From: Bacteroidota bacterium
Lineage (GTDB): Bacteria > Bacteroidota > Ignavibacteria > SZUA-365
Direction of reading: 5' to 3'
Assembly (NCBI GenBank): GCA_035362335.1
Contig: DAOSDL010000013.1
Coordinates: 37,686-101,685, forward strand
DNA: 64,000 bases
A model generated the notes under the pieces. The model was not told the origin of the DNA and made no database searches. It saw only the letters and a program-made list of their open reading frames with translations. Positions 1-9,032 of the stretch are shown here, piece by piece. The number at the start of each line of letters is the position of its first letter. Positions within the stretch are counted from its first letter, which is position 1. The position numbers and the translations under genes are program-made.

Positions 1-1099
1 TGAGAATGAGCATCGTAACGGGATTGCCGATGATGGTCCAGGCGTACCCGAGAAACAGCAGTGCGAACAGCGGAAGTGATTCGGCATAGGCGGGAAAATA
101 CTCCGGTATGGCGAAATACAGTCCCAGCATGTACAACAAGCCCAGCGCTGTAACCGGCAGACTCACCGCGAAGGTCTTTCGCAAATACGAGCGCATGCCA
201 GCCACCGTGCGCAACTCCATGGCCTTGGGAAAAAACACGGTGGACACCGAACCCGCCAACACGATCAGCGGCGTACAGAGTTTTGTAGCGGCGATGTACA
301 GTCCCGCTTCCTCCGGACGATGCGCCAACAGCGGGGAGATCATGAACACATCGAGCCGCATGAGAAACATGGTCGCGAACGACGTGATCATCATCCATTT
401 GCCGAAGCCTAGCATCTCCCGTCCGAGATCGCGCCAGTCATAGGCAACGCGACCCCGGAGATTGCTGACGAAGTACACCGATACCACTCCCACCAACAGC
501 GGCGCAATGGCGTACGAAGCGTAGACGAGATCCAGCGAAAACACCCCGGCGAATATCGCCGCGTAAATGAATCCGGTTTTCAACACCGCTTCGGCCATGC
601 GCACGCCGGTGAAGCGTGCGAATTCCTGTCGTGCCTGCAACACCGCCAGTATGTATTCCATCAATCCCCCGCCGACCACTGCCAGCGTCATGATTCGCAG
701 CGGATGCTGCAACTCGGGTGTCCGCAGCACGTCCACGGCGATCACGCCGGCACCGAAATACACGGCAACGGCGGTCAGCAACACGATGGCCGCCTTCAGG
801 CGCAGGGTGAACTCGTAGTACGCCTGCGCGCGGTCGGGCTTGTCGTGCTTGTACAGCGCATAGAAACGAATGAAGCTCTGATGAATACCGGAGTCGGTGA
901 ACTGATTCACCGCTGCCAACACGGTGATGAACAACCCGTAAAGCAGATACTCTTCCGGCTGCAACAAGGCGAGCATGGAGAGCGTGATCAGAAAGGTGAG
1001 GAATTTCGAGAGGACGTCGCCACTGAAGACGATGCCTGCGTCCCGCGCACCATGCGGCAGACGATCGAGTACGTGCTGCACCATGCGCGGCACCGTCAT
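1..1099 (-). CDS. Polysaccharide/oligosaccharide flippase (Wzx / Polysacc_synt family), partial; the 3' end runs off the window start.
   Basis: The reverse-strand translation from the ATG at 1099-1097 reads MTVPRMVQHVLDRLPHG...LTFLITLSMLALLQPEEYLLYGLFITVLAAV and stays hydrophobic and multi-TM down to position 1. Its ATG overlaps the upstream glycosyltransferase stop as ATGA. It is absent from the ORF track because it is truncated by the window edge. Confidence 0.55.
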   Translation of the reverse strand, partial: MTVPRMVQHVLDRLPHGARDAGIVFSGDVLSKFLTFLITLSMLALLQPEEYLLYGLFITVLAAVNQFTDSGIHQSFIRFYALYKHDKPDRAQAYYEFTLRLKAAIVLLTAVAVYFGAGVIAVDVLRTPELQHPLRIMTLAVVGGGLMEYILAVLQARQEFARFTGVRMAEAVLKTGFIYAAIFAGVFSLDLVYASYAIAPLLVGVVSVYFVSNLRGRVAYDWRDLGREMLGFGKWMMITSFATMFLMRLDVFMISPLLAHRPEEAGLYIAATKLCTPLIVLAGSVSTVFFPKAMELRTVAGMRSYLRKTFAVSLPVTALGLLYMLGLYFAIPEYFPAYAESLPLFALLFLGYAWTIIGNPVTMLIL

Positions 1100-2268
1100 G
1101 CCACCTCCACATGTTCGTCGATGCACGACAGCAGGCGCTGCACGCGCTCGGTCCAGGTGTTCTCCTCGGCGAAGCGCCTTCGTGTGGCATGCGCCTCTTC
1201 GCTGTCTTCACCCAAAGCGCGTTCCATAGCGCTGACAAAGCCCTGCGGCGTGTCGGCCAGTTCCACCAGCGATCCGAAATGCCGCAATTCGTCGGTGCGC
1301 GTCGCCACCACTGGCAAACCCGCGGCGGCGTATTCGTACAGCTTGAGGGGATTCACCACACGGGTGATGCCGTTGTTCTGAAAAGGGATGATCGCGAGAT
1401 CGAAGCGCTCCAACCACGCGGGAAGCTGTTCGTGTGGGATGAAACCATGCAAGGCGACATTGCTTTCGGCTCCCAACGCAGCTATCACCGCGGGCTCCGC
1501 TGGTCCGACAATGTTGAAACGATGCTGTGGGAACGCCCGCGCCACATGGCGGACCAGTTGCGCATCGAACCAGCGGTCGGAAGTGGCACCGATATAGCCA
1601 ATCTCCCGCAAGCCGTTGCTGCGATGCCGTGGTTGATGTTGCACGCTGGTGAGAAATTCCTTCGACACGGCATTGGGCAGGAACAACGAGCGTACTTGCG
1701 GAAAATGGTTTTCGATATCGCTCCCCATCTCCAGCGCACTGTACGTGATCACATCCACATCCCGCGCGATGTGCCGCTCGCACTCTGTCATGCGCTGCAA
1801 GGTGCGCGCGTTGCGACTCTGCACTTCGGGCGCGTCGGCGATGTCGTACACGAGCAGCCGGGGCTGGAAAAAGTCGCGATCGAGGAAGCGCCCCCACCAC
1901 AGCGGCAACATGACCACACCGATGGCGCGGTTCATGTCGATGCTACGAAAGGTCGAGCGAAACCAGCGACGAAACACCGCCCTGTCGTAGTACGGCGTCA
2001 GACTGTTGCGAAATCCTGTCGGCAACAGCGGCGGTGTGTGTATGCACAGGTTTTCCACCTGGCGCCGCCGGGCGAAGCCCCTGTCCCGCGCCAGCGGCGA
2101 AAAGGTGCGCTGCAGCATGGCATGCGCCTTGCCCGCCATCGACGGTGCGATTTCAATAATGTCCACCTGATGCCCGAGCCGCGCGCATTCGGCAGCCAGG
2201 GCATGTTCCCGCTGAGGCAAGCTGTCCCAGGAGGTGAGGCCAAAGAATATGAAGTGATGTTGTCTCAT
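1096..2268 (-). CDS. Glycosyltransferase family 1 (GT4-like).
   Basis: The 432-aa ORF has a likely true start at MRQHHFIFFGLTSWDS (2268). The C-terminal half carries the GT1 signature (EYAAAGLPVVATRTDELRHFG) and the N-terminal half looks Rossmann-like. The stop overlaps the flippase start. Confidence 0.7.
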   Translation of the reverse strand: MRQHHFIFFGLTSWDSLPQREHALAAECARLGHQVDIIEIAPSMAGKAHAMLQRTFSPLARDRGFARRRQVENLCIHTPPLLPTGFRNSLTPYYDRAVFRRWFRSTFRSIDMNRAIGVVMLPLWWGRFLDRDFFQPRLLVYDIADAPEVQSRNARTLQRMTECERHIARDVDVITYSALEMGSDIENHFPQVRSLFLPNAVSKEFLTSVQHQPRHRSNGLREIGYIGATSDRWFDAQLVRHVARAFPQHRFNIVGPAEPAVIAALGAESNVALHGFIPHEQLPAWLERFDLAIIPFQNNGITRVVNPLKLYEYAAAGLPVVATRTDELRHFGSLVELADTPQGFVSAMERALGEDSEEAHATRRRFAEENTWTERVQRLLSCIDEHVEVA

Positions 2269-2275
2269 GCTACCA

Positions 2276-3364
2276 TTACCCGCCGGACATCCGCACGCCG
2301 TTCGCAGGCCGTGCCCGGCAATACCATTCCACAATATCGCTCGCGATGGTATCCCATGACAGCCCGCGCACAAAACGCTCGGCCGCCTCGGCACGCGCCC
2401 CCGCTCCGTCCTCGCTCTCGAGCAACACTGCCTCCAGTGCCTCCTCCACCTCCCCTTCGCACTCCAGTATTGTGCAGTAATCCTCCACAGCGGGAATGGA
2501 GTGAATGTACAGGCGTCGAATGTCGCTGAATGCCGGCACGATCACAGGGATGCCAGTTTGAAACGCATCGAACAATCCGAGAAATCCGCCGGAGATGATG
2601 AAGCGCGCTCCGGCGAGGACCGCGCTCACGTCGGTCACCGGTCCATGGTCCTCGATACGGAAGCGCTCATCCGATAGCACAACGAGCGTATCACGTAGCG
2701 GACCCTCGCCTGCCAGTCGCAGCACGATGTCGGTGTCGCGCCGATGCGCCAGCGTGCGCAGCGCCATGGCAAGCGGAAGCAGACCGGTGTCGCCGGCCAG
2801 CCGTCCCACGTACGCAAACACCGGCGCCTCTGCACGTGGCAACCGTGGCAGCGTGCGCACCGGGGCTCCCACCATGACATGGTCAACCGGATGACGGTAC
2901 AGCGAGGTGATATACGATCCCACCCCGATGCGCACACGCGTGCAGCGGGCAGTCGCGCAGCGCATCCATTGATGCCGTCGTTTCACCGGCCAATGCTCGA
3001 AGCCATGGAAGGTGACGGCGTACAGCGGATGGCGGACCACGGCGCGCAAAGGCAGAAACCAATGGAAAAATGTGGTGTAGTCGTGAAAATGCAACACGTC
3101 GGCCGAATTCAACACTGCGCGCTGATTCCACATCCACCGCCAGTACAACAGCCGTGTGAAAGGTCTGAGCACGGGCACCCGAAAACGTGTGATATCATAG
3201 GGTTGCGCCTTGTCATCGAAGGTATTGTCCACCATGGTTTCCGTTATCACACGGACGCGATGACCCAGCCGCGCCTGCGCCTCGGCGGTGCGCGCCACGC
3301 TGTACTGCACGCCGCCGATGGACGGAAGGAAATGATTGGCGAAATGGATGATGTTCATTGCCAT
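2276..3364 (-). CDS. Glycosyltransferase family 1 (GT4-like).
   Basis: The N-terminus MAMNIIHFANHFLPSIGGVQ is typical of GT4, and a C-terminal GT1 domain (RLAGEGPL...FIISGGFLGLFDAFQTGIPVIV) is present. Confidence 0.7.
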   Translation of the reverse strand: MAMNIIHFANHFLPSIGGVQYSVARTAEAQARLGHRVRVITETMVDNTFDDKAQPYDITRFRVPVLRPFTRLLYWRWMWNQRAVLNSADVLHFHDYTTFFHWFLPLRAVVRHPLYAVTFHGFEHWPVKRRHQWMRCATARCTRVRIGVGSYITSLYRHPVDHVMVGAPVRTLPRLPRAEAPVFAYVGRLAGDTGLLPLAMALRTLAHRRDTDIVLRLAGEGPLRDTLVVLSDERFRIEDHGPVTDVSAVLAGARFIISGGFLGLFDAFQTGIPVIVPAFSDIRRLYIHSIPAVEDYCTILECEGEVEEALEAVLLESEDGAGARAEAAERFVRGLSWDTIASDIVEWYCRARPANGVRMSGG

Positions 3365-3438
3365 GGGGCGGATGACAGGCGCGTGCGGCCCCGTTCGCCG
3401 CCGTGCTTAGTGCTGACGGCGACGGGGCCCATGGACTA

Positions 3439-4593
3439 TCAGTTCACGAGTTGGAAAAATTCATAGCGCGGAGGTTTGCCCTGCTGGGGCGTGTACCCGT
3501 AGTCTTTCACGAATACACCGTCCATCAAGTCGTCGTCGGGATTCCATGGCTTGTCGTAATCGTTGCCATCCTGAAACACGAAGCTGATGCCGCGGAAGGC
3601 GTCCCATTTCTTCTGTCGCGCCTGTCCCTTGCGGTCGAGATCCAGCACGTGGGTGATGCGATCATCGATGTTGTATTCGGGAAATCCGGTGAACAGCACA
3701 TTGGGTGCCGTGCGCCGGACTTCGGCCGCGGCTTGCACGACGATGGTATGCAGCGTTTTGTGAAAATAATTGCCGTATTCGCCATTACGTCCATGCGTCA
3801 CGATGACCTCCGGTCGTTCGCGCAGCAACATCTCACGCACTGCAGCTTCCATTGCCTTGCGCAACTCGGTGCCGGGTCCGTAACTCTTTTTGAAATCGAG
3901 GCCGGGATATTCACCCATCTGCACCACCGGCTTGCCGTCGAAGGTGAGGCGTACGGGCAACACCTCGATGGGTACGCCCAGGGATTTCGCATACGCGGTG
4001 AAAATGCGCACCTTCTCCTTCCCCATCAGATCGGTGGTGACACGAATGCTGCCGTCGGGCATCACGCTGGCGCAGTTGTATCCACCCAGCGCGGGATCGA
4101 TATCGTTGGAGAAACCCTTGCCGCCATCGGCGCCATTGGAAAGGAGGTAGATTTTCGCTTTCAGGCCGCGCTCGGCGGCGTAGGCGAAGAGCCCGCCCGC
4201 AAGCAGAATTTCGTCATCGGGATGCGCGAACACGCCGACGATGGATTTTGCATTCGCCACCACATCATGCATTGAGGCGAATTTTCCGAACAATTCTTCT
4301 GGCGACTTCAGATACCCTTCGTGGTCATTGGCGTCGAAAACGCTCAATCCGTAATCGATCTTGATTTTCTCATTTGCATCGCCGTAGCGGAATTCCTTTT
4401 TGTACACCACTTTGTGGTCGATGCCGGGCCATTCGTCGAAATCCCAGGTGCCATGTTCCAAACCCGCGGGAATATCGTAACCACGTTTGTACATCGATGG
4501 ATCGTTGGTGAAGGGAACGGCATTTTGGGCGAAGGCAAAGGTGGTGCACATGAGCAGCATCAGCGGAAGCGCACGATACATGTCGGACTCCAT
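3439..4593 (-). CDS. Secreted PIG-L/LmbE-family N-acetylglucosaminyl deacetylase with a ~100-aa N-terminal extension.
   Basis: A signal peptide (MYRALPLMLLMCTTFAFAQ) is followed by the LmbE motif VGVFAHPDDEILLAGG, and further downstream HGRNGEYGNYFHKT is consistent with the zinc-binding His of this family. At 384 aa it is longer than a canonical ~230-aa LmbE. Confidence 0.65.
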   Translation of the reverse strand: MESDMYRALPLMLLMCTTFAFAQNAVPFTNDPSMYKRGYDIPAGLEHGTWDFDEWPGIDHKVVYKKEFRYGDANEKIKIDYGLSVFDANDHEGYLKSPEELFGKFASMHDVVANAKSIVGVFAHPDDEILLAGGLFAYAAERGLKAKIYLLSNGADGGKGFSNDIDPALGGYNCASVMPDGSIRVTTDLMGKEKVRIFTAYAKSLGVPIEVLPVRLTFDGKPVVQMGEYPGLDFKKSYGPGTELRKAMEAAVREMLLRERPEVIVTHGRNGEYGNYFHKTLHTIVVQAAAEVRRTAPNVLFTGFPEYNIDDRITHVLDLDRKGQARQKKWDAFRGISFVFQDGNDYDKPWNPDDDLMDGVFVKDYGYTPQQGKPPRYEFFQLVN

Positions 4594-5577
4594 TTAGAAA
4601 AGTTGCACGCGATGTGTCGTCATTTCATTTCCGGCGAGCACATACACGGTATATGCCCCTGCGGGGACCGGTGTTCCGTCATCGGTCCGGCCATCCCATG
4701 GTATATAGTGCACACCGGCGGAATAGGCCCAATATACGATGTTTCGGACATTTCTGCCCGCGGCATCCACAACGCCCACGCGGAGTGTTCCGGCATTATC
4801 ACTGCTGATTGCGCAGAGCATGCGGCCGTGATCCGCCGGGTGGAATGGCACAGGATACAACGATACCGCCATGGATTTCGCGGGTTCGGGCACGGAATCG
4901 CGCAGTGCGATCATCACCGGTGCGAGCAGCGCGGCTATGCGGCGGTGTCCGACCGGGGATGGATGCACGCCGTCCATGCCGAGTAATTGCGCGCCGTCTT
5001 CACCGAAATCGCATTCCACAAACAGGGCTCCGGTACGATGCGCCGTCTCGCGTAAAGCGTTGTTGTAGTCGCGATTGCCCGCTTCCACGCCGCCGAAGCT
5101 GGTGTACACAGTGGTATCGGTGAAGAGAGCGAAACGATCGGGAAGAATGGGCGGCAATCCCAACAGCACGGGGATGATGCCCACACCTCGCAGCTTGTCG
5201 ATCATGAGCGCGATCGTGTTCTCGAAGCGCTCCCGTCCCACGCGTCGAAAAGGCGGCGCGCCCCACACATAGTAATCGTTGGACCCGAACGCGATTACCG
5301 CTATCCGTGGTCGGGCCTGCAGCACGTCTTCATCCATGCGGCGCAACCCGTCCTCGCTGGTCTCCCCACCCACGGCTCGTGCCGCACCGTTCCACGTCAC
5401 ACCGCGCGCGGACAGCATGGAATCCAGCACGGCGGGCCAGGCCTCGGCGGGTCGGCGTTCGGCATCGATCCATCCCTCGGTGATGGAATCACCAAAATAC
5501 ACGGCATCCGGACGCTGCGCGGCGAGAAGCGACGGAAGCAACAGCAGCAGGCACGCCAGACGGCGTGGGCGGTTCAT
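4594..5577 (-). CDS. Secreted SGNH/GDSL hydrolase (esterase) with a C-terminal beta-sandwich sorting-like domain (T9SS/FlgD-Ig-like).
   Basis: The signal peptide is MNRPRRLACLLLLLPSLLAAQ. The block-I GDS motif is VYFGDSITEGW, with GSND and DGVHP blocks also present. The last ~80 aa (GTLRVGVVDAAGRNVRNIVYWAYSAGVHYIPWDGRTDDGTPVPAGAYTVYVLAGNEMTTHRVQLF) resemble FlgD-Ig/T9SS C-terminal domains. The ATG overlaps the upstream activase stop as ATGA. Confidence 0.65.
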   Translation of the reverse strand: MNRPRRLACLLLLLPSLLAAQRPDAVYFGDSITEGWIDAERRPAEAWPAVLDSMLSARGVTWNGAARAVGGETSEDGLRRMDEDVLQARPRIAVIAFGSNDYYVWGAPPFRRVGRERFENTIALMIDKLRGVGIIPVLLGLPPILPDRFALFTDTTVYTSFGGVEAGNRDYNNALRETAHRTGALFVECDFGEDGAQLLGMDGVHPSPVGHRRIAALLAPVMIALRDSVPEPAKSMAVSLYPVPFHPADHGRMLCAISSDNAGTLRVGVVDAAGRNVRNIVYWAYSAGVHYIPWDGRTDDGTPVPAGAYTVYVLAGNEMTTHRVQLF

Positions 5578-8500
5578 CGATGCAGCGTCCTCGGGAGTTC
5601 GATACTGACAACGTCGCTGGCGCGCTCCTCAGGCGCGACGAAGCGGGGATGCGGTGCAGGCGTGCGTCCGAGCGCCGCGAGAAGCCGTGCTTCGTACGCA
5701 CGCAGCGCGGCTTCGATTTCATCGCGCTTGCGCAAGCGCTCGGCGAGCGTATCGCGATAGCGGCGCAGGAAATAGCCGATGGTTTCCACACGAATGCGTA
5801 TGCTTCCGCTGGGCTTGTTCTCGTCGACGTCTTTGAAGGAAAAATACGGGGTGCCGGAGGACTCCACGATCTCCTGCACCACGGCATAAATCGGACCATC
5901 ATGCCCGCATTTGAAACTCGACAATTCGAGGGCCACCAGATTCGGATGCCGCGCTACGTATTTCGCCGCCCACACTTTGCGATTGGTGTTTTCGCTGTAG
6001 GAATTCTTCCACACATCATCGATGCTCATTGGATCAGCGATTAATCCCTGCCGCATATCCTCGCCGAACACGCGCTCGAGAATGTCCGCGTCCGTGGGCA
6101 AGGCATCCTGCGTCAGTACGGGATAACCCAGCTTCTGGAATTCGGCAAGTATGCCATGGTTGATGCCGGGATCGTTGTGATACGGTCGCCCGAGCAGCAC
6201 AATGGCGATGCGTTGTTCGCGCTCCACTTCGAGCAGCGTTTCCCTCGCGCGCTCGCGCAATTGCCGATGATAACTGTGCAGCGCTTCATACCCCGCTCGC
6301 AGGGCCTCGGCATGCTCCCGTCGAGAGAGCTGGAACAACGGTCGCAAGGCCTCGAACAGTTGTCGCTCCGCCAGACGCTCGTCGCCCAGGTTGACGAAGG
6401 GATGCACGTAGCGCACGCCCGCCTCGGCGAACAGGTCGCGCTCCTTGATGAACGCCGCCTTCACCGATTCCACCGTGCCGGTGATGGTCGGGCACGCCTT
6501 GCGCGCCTGCGTGCCGTGCAGATCGCTGGGCATGTCGTCCACCATGGGGAAAAAGATCATGTGCAATGGTTTGCGAGCATGGTGCCGCGCGAGCAGATTG
6601 TGCACATGCGACAGCGCCAGCTTGCTCGGGAAGCAGGGATCGATGGCTCCCCTCTTGCTCCCCTCGCGGAACAGTGCATCGGTCGTCGGCGAGGAGAACA
6701 CGATGTTGTCGAACGGCACACCGATGCTCTGCAAATACGCGGTGAACAACGGCGCATGGGCGAAGTGATTCAACGCCCGCGGCATGCCGATGCGCAATGC
6801 ACCGCGTTGCAGCACGCTGCCATCCGCGAGCGTCACAGGGATGGAGCTTCGCTCGCTGTTCGTGCTTGTAAAGGACGTGAACGCGAGTCGCGCGGCGATA
6901 TCGGCGTAATCGGGGAATTGCGCGCGTATGCGCGACATGTCCTTGGCCACAACGCGCATGTCTTCGGTGGCTTCCACGCCGCCTTTCTCGCAGGTGGCGA
7001 TGATCAGGCGGCGCGTGCGCTGTTCGTCGCCCGACTCCACCGGAGTTTCCACATCGATGAAGGTGCGGAGGCAGTTGTTCTTGCAGAAGGTGCAGCGCGT
7101 GGATTCGTCGCGCCGCGCCGTGAAGCGAATGCGCGTGGCGGCGTCCAGTCCGATGAAGGTGGTTTCGCGTCCCGAGGCGTGCAGTCGCGCCGCTTCCACT
7201 GCCGCCCCGATGGCACCGGCTTCTCCGGTGTGCTCGTGGACGATGATACGGGGATTGAGCGAGCGGAATTTGCGGCGGATGAAATCCACCTGCGCTTTCA
7301 CCGCCGCCAGGTTGCGCTGCGTGCCCCCTTGCAGCACGAAGGTGCCGCCGAGCATCTCGAGATTGCTGATCTGCGACACGTAGAGCCAGATATTTTTCGG
7401 CAATACTTTTGCCAGGCCCGCCATGATTTCTTCGCGCGTCCACCCCTGCCGCTGAAAGTCCACGATATCGCTTTGCAGGAACACCGCACAACCATAGCCG
7501 AATTCCGGCGCTTCGCGCGCGCGGAACGCCGCCTCCGCGAAATCGCTCACATCGTAGCCGAAGCTCTCGGCCGTGCCCTGTAAAAAGTAGCCGTTGCCCG
7601 CCGAGCATTGCGTATTCAATTTGAAATCCACCACACGGCCGTCGTGCAGGAGAATCAATTTGATGTCCTGTCCTCCCACATCGCAGATCACATCCACGTC
7701 GGGATAGAAACGGCGGGCCGCCTGCGTATGCGCCACGGTCTCGACCAGGGCCACATCCGCGGCCAGCGCATCCTTGAGCATATCCTTTGCATAGCCCGTG
7801 GTGCCCACACCGAGAATGCGCAGCGAAGCGCCCTGATCCTCGACCTGCCGCCGCAGCATGTCAATAATCTGCCGGGTGTCGTCGATGGGATTGCCATCCG
7901 ACAGTTTGTAGGCCTTGAAGGCCACAGTGCTTTCGCGTGTGAGCAACACGCCTTTGGTCGAAGTCGATCCACCGTCTATGCCGAGATAGGCATCGAAACG
8001 GGATCCGGGGCGCAGCCGCAGTGGTGTGAAGCCCGCCTGCCGGTACTCGTCGAGAAATTGCCGGAGTTCCTCCTCCGTATCCCACAATCCCGTGCCGGCC
8101 TTGTCGCGATGCGCGGTGTGCCGACCCTCGGCCAGCCACGCGCGCAATCCCGACGCACCTTTATAGTGTGCGGCATCGTCATTGCGTTGTCCGTGAATCA
8201 CGCAGCCAAACGCGGCGAAGTACTGCGCATCTTCGGGCACGTAAATGCGGTCGCGCGCCGCCACCTCGTCGGGCAACTCCACACCGCGTTCTTCCCAGAC
8301 CAGGGGAATGGCGTGTTTCCACGCCTCCACCATGCCGGGGAGAAAGGTGTTCGGTCCGCCCAGCAACAGCACATCGGGGGGCAAGGTATTGCCACGGGTG
8401 AGAACGGAGAGGTTCTGCTGCACAATGGAATCGAAAAGCGAGGCCATGAGTTCGGCCGGAGGCACGCCTTGTTTCTGCAGGCCGTTGATGTCCGTCTCGG

Positions 8501-9032
8501 CAAAGACGCCGCATTTGCCCGCAACGGGATGCAGGCGCACGCCGTCGTAGCGCAGCGCAGACATATCCTCGGCGCTCAGACGCAGCTTCGCGCTGATCTT
8601 GTCGATCACCGCGCCAGTACCACCGGCGCATTTGTCGTTCATGGAGGTGATTTTCTTGGAATGACCTGTGAGCGGATCATGCTGGAAAATCAGGATCTTC
8701 GCATCCTGTCCGCCCAACTCCACCGCGGAACCGGCGCTGGGACAGCGGGCTTCCACGGCCAGGGCCACGGCATTCACCTCCTGCACGAAACGCGCGCCGA
8801 TGGCGTCCATCAACACACGCGCACCGCTGCCGGTGACGTACGCACGGAATTCCTCATCCCCGCCTCCGAATTCCGTTTCGATGCGTTCGAGGAAATCCAA
8901 CGCCGTCTCGGCTTGACGCGTCTCATGGCGGCGGTAATCCTTCCAGACAGGCGTAAGCTCGTCCTCCCGCAGCACGACGGCCTTCACCGTTGTGCTGCCG
9001 ATGTCCAGTCCGATAAGGTAACGCGTGCTCAT
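5574..9032 (-). CDS. CoA-substrate-specific enzyme activase family protein: two tandem BadF/BadG/BcrA/BcrD-type ATPase domains fused to a C-terminal DUF2229/HgdB-like domain.
   Basis: The 1152-aa protein has two acetate/sugar-kinase-fold ATPase starts (LIGLDIGSTTVKAVVL and YLGIDGGSTSTKGVLL). The rest resembles the large activase fusions found next to 2-hydroxyacyl-CoA dehydratase homologues, such as E. coli YjiL/YjiM-type systems. Confidence 0.75.
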   Translation of the reverse strand: MSTRYLIGLDIGSTTVKAVVLREDELTPVWKDYRRHETRQAETALDFLERIETEFGGGDEEFRAYVTGSGARVLMDAIGARFVQEVNAVALAVEARCPSAGSAVELGGQDAKILIFQHDPLTGHSKKITSMNDKCAGGTGAVIDKISAKLRLSAEDMSALRYDGVRLHPVAGKCGVFAETDINGLQKQGVPPAELMASLFDSIVQQNLSVLTRGNTLPPDVLLLGGPNTFLPGMVEAWKHAIPLVWEERGVELPDEVAARDRIYVPEDAQYFAAFGCVIHGQRNDDAAHYKGASGLRAWLAEGRHTAHRDKAGTGLWDTEEELRQFLDEYRQAGFTPLRLRPGSRFDAYLGIDGGSTSTKGVLLTRESTVAFKAYKLSDGNPIDDTRQIIDMLRRQVEDQGASLRILGVGTTGYAKDMLKDALAADVALVETVAHTQAARRFYPDVDVICDVGGQDIKLILLHDGRVVDFKLNTQCSAGNGYFLQGTAESFGYDVSDFAEAAFRAREAPEFGYGCAVFLQSDIVDFQRQGWTREEIMAGLAKVLPKNIWLYVSQISNLEMLGGTFVLQGGTQRNLAAVKAQVDFIRRKFRSLNPRIIVHEHTGEAGAIGAAVEAARLHASGRETTFIGLDAATRIRFTARRDESTRCTFCKNNCLRTFIDVETPVESGDEQRTRRLIIATCEKGGVEATEDMRVVAKDMSRIRAQFPDYADIAARLAFTSFTSTNSERSSIPVTLADGSVLQRGALRIGMPRALNHFAHAPLFTAYLQSIGVPFDNIVFSSPTTDALFREGSKRGAIDPCFPSKLALSHVHNLLARHHARKPLHMIFFPMVDDMPSDLHGTQARKACPTITGTVESVKAAFIKERDLFAEAGVRYVHPFVNLGDERLAERQLFEALRPLFQLSRREHAEALRAGYEALHSYHRQLRERARETLLEVEREQRIAIVLLGRPYHNDPGINHGILAEFQKLGYPVLTQDALPTDADILERVFGEDMRQGLIADPMSIDDVWKNSYSENTNRKVWAAKYVARHPNLVALELSSFKCGHDGPIYAVVQEIVESSGTPYFSFKDVDENKPSGSIRIRVETIGYFLRRYRDTLAERLRKRDEIEAALRAYEARLLAALGRTPAPHPRFVAPEERASDVVSIELPRTLHR

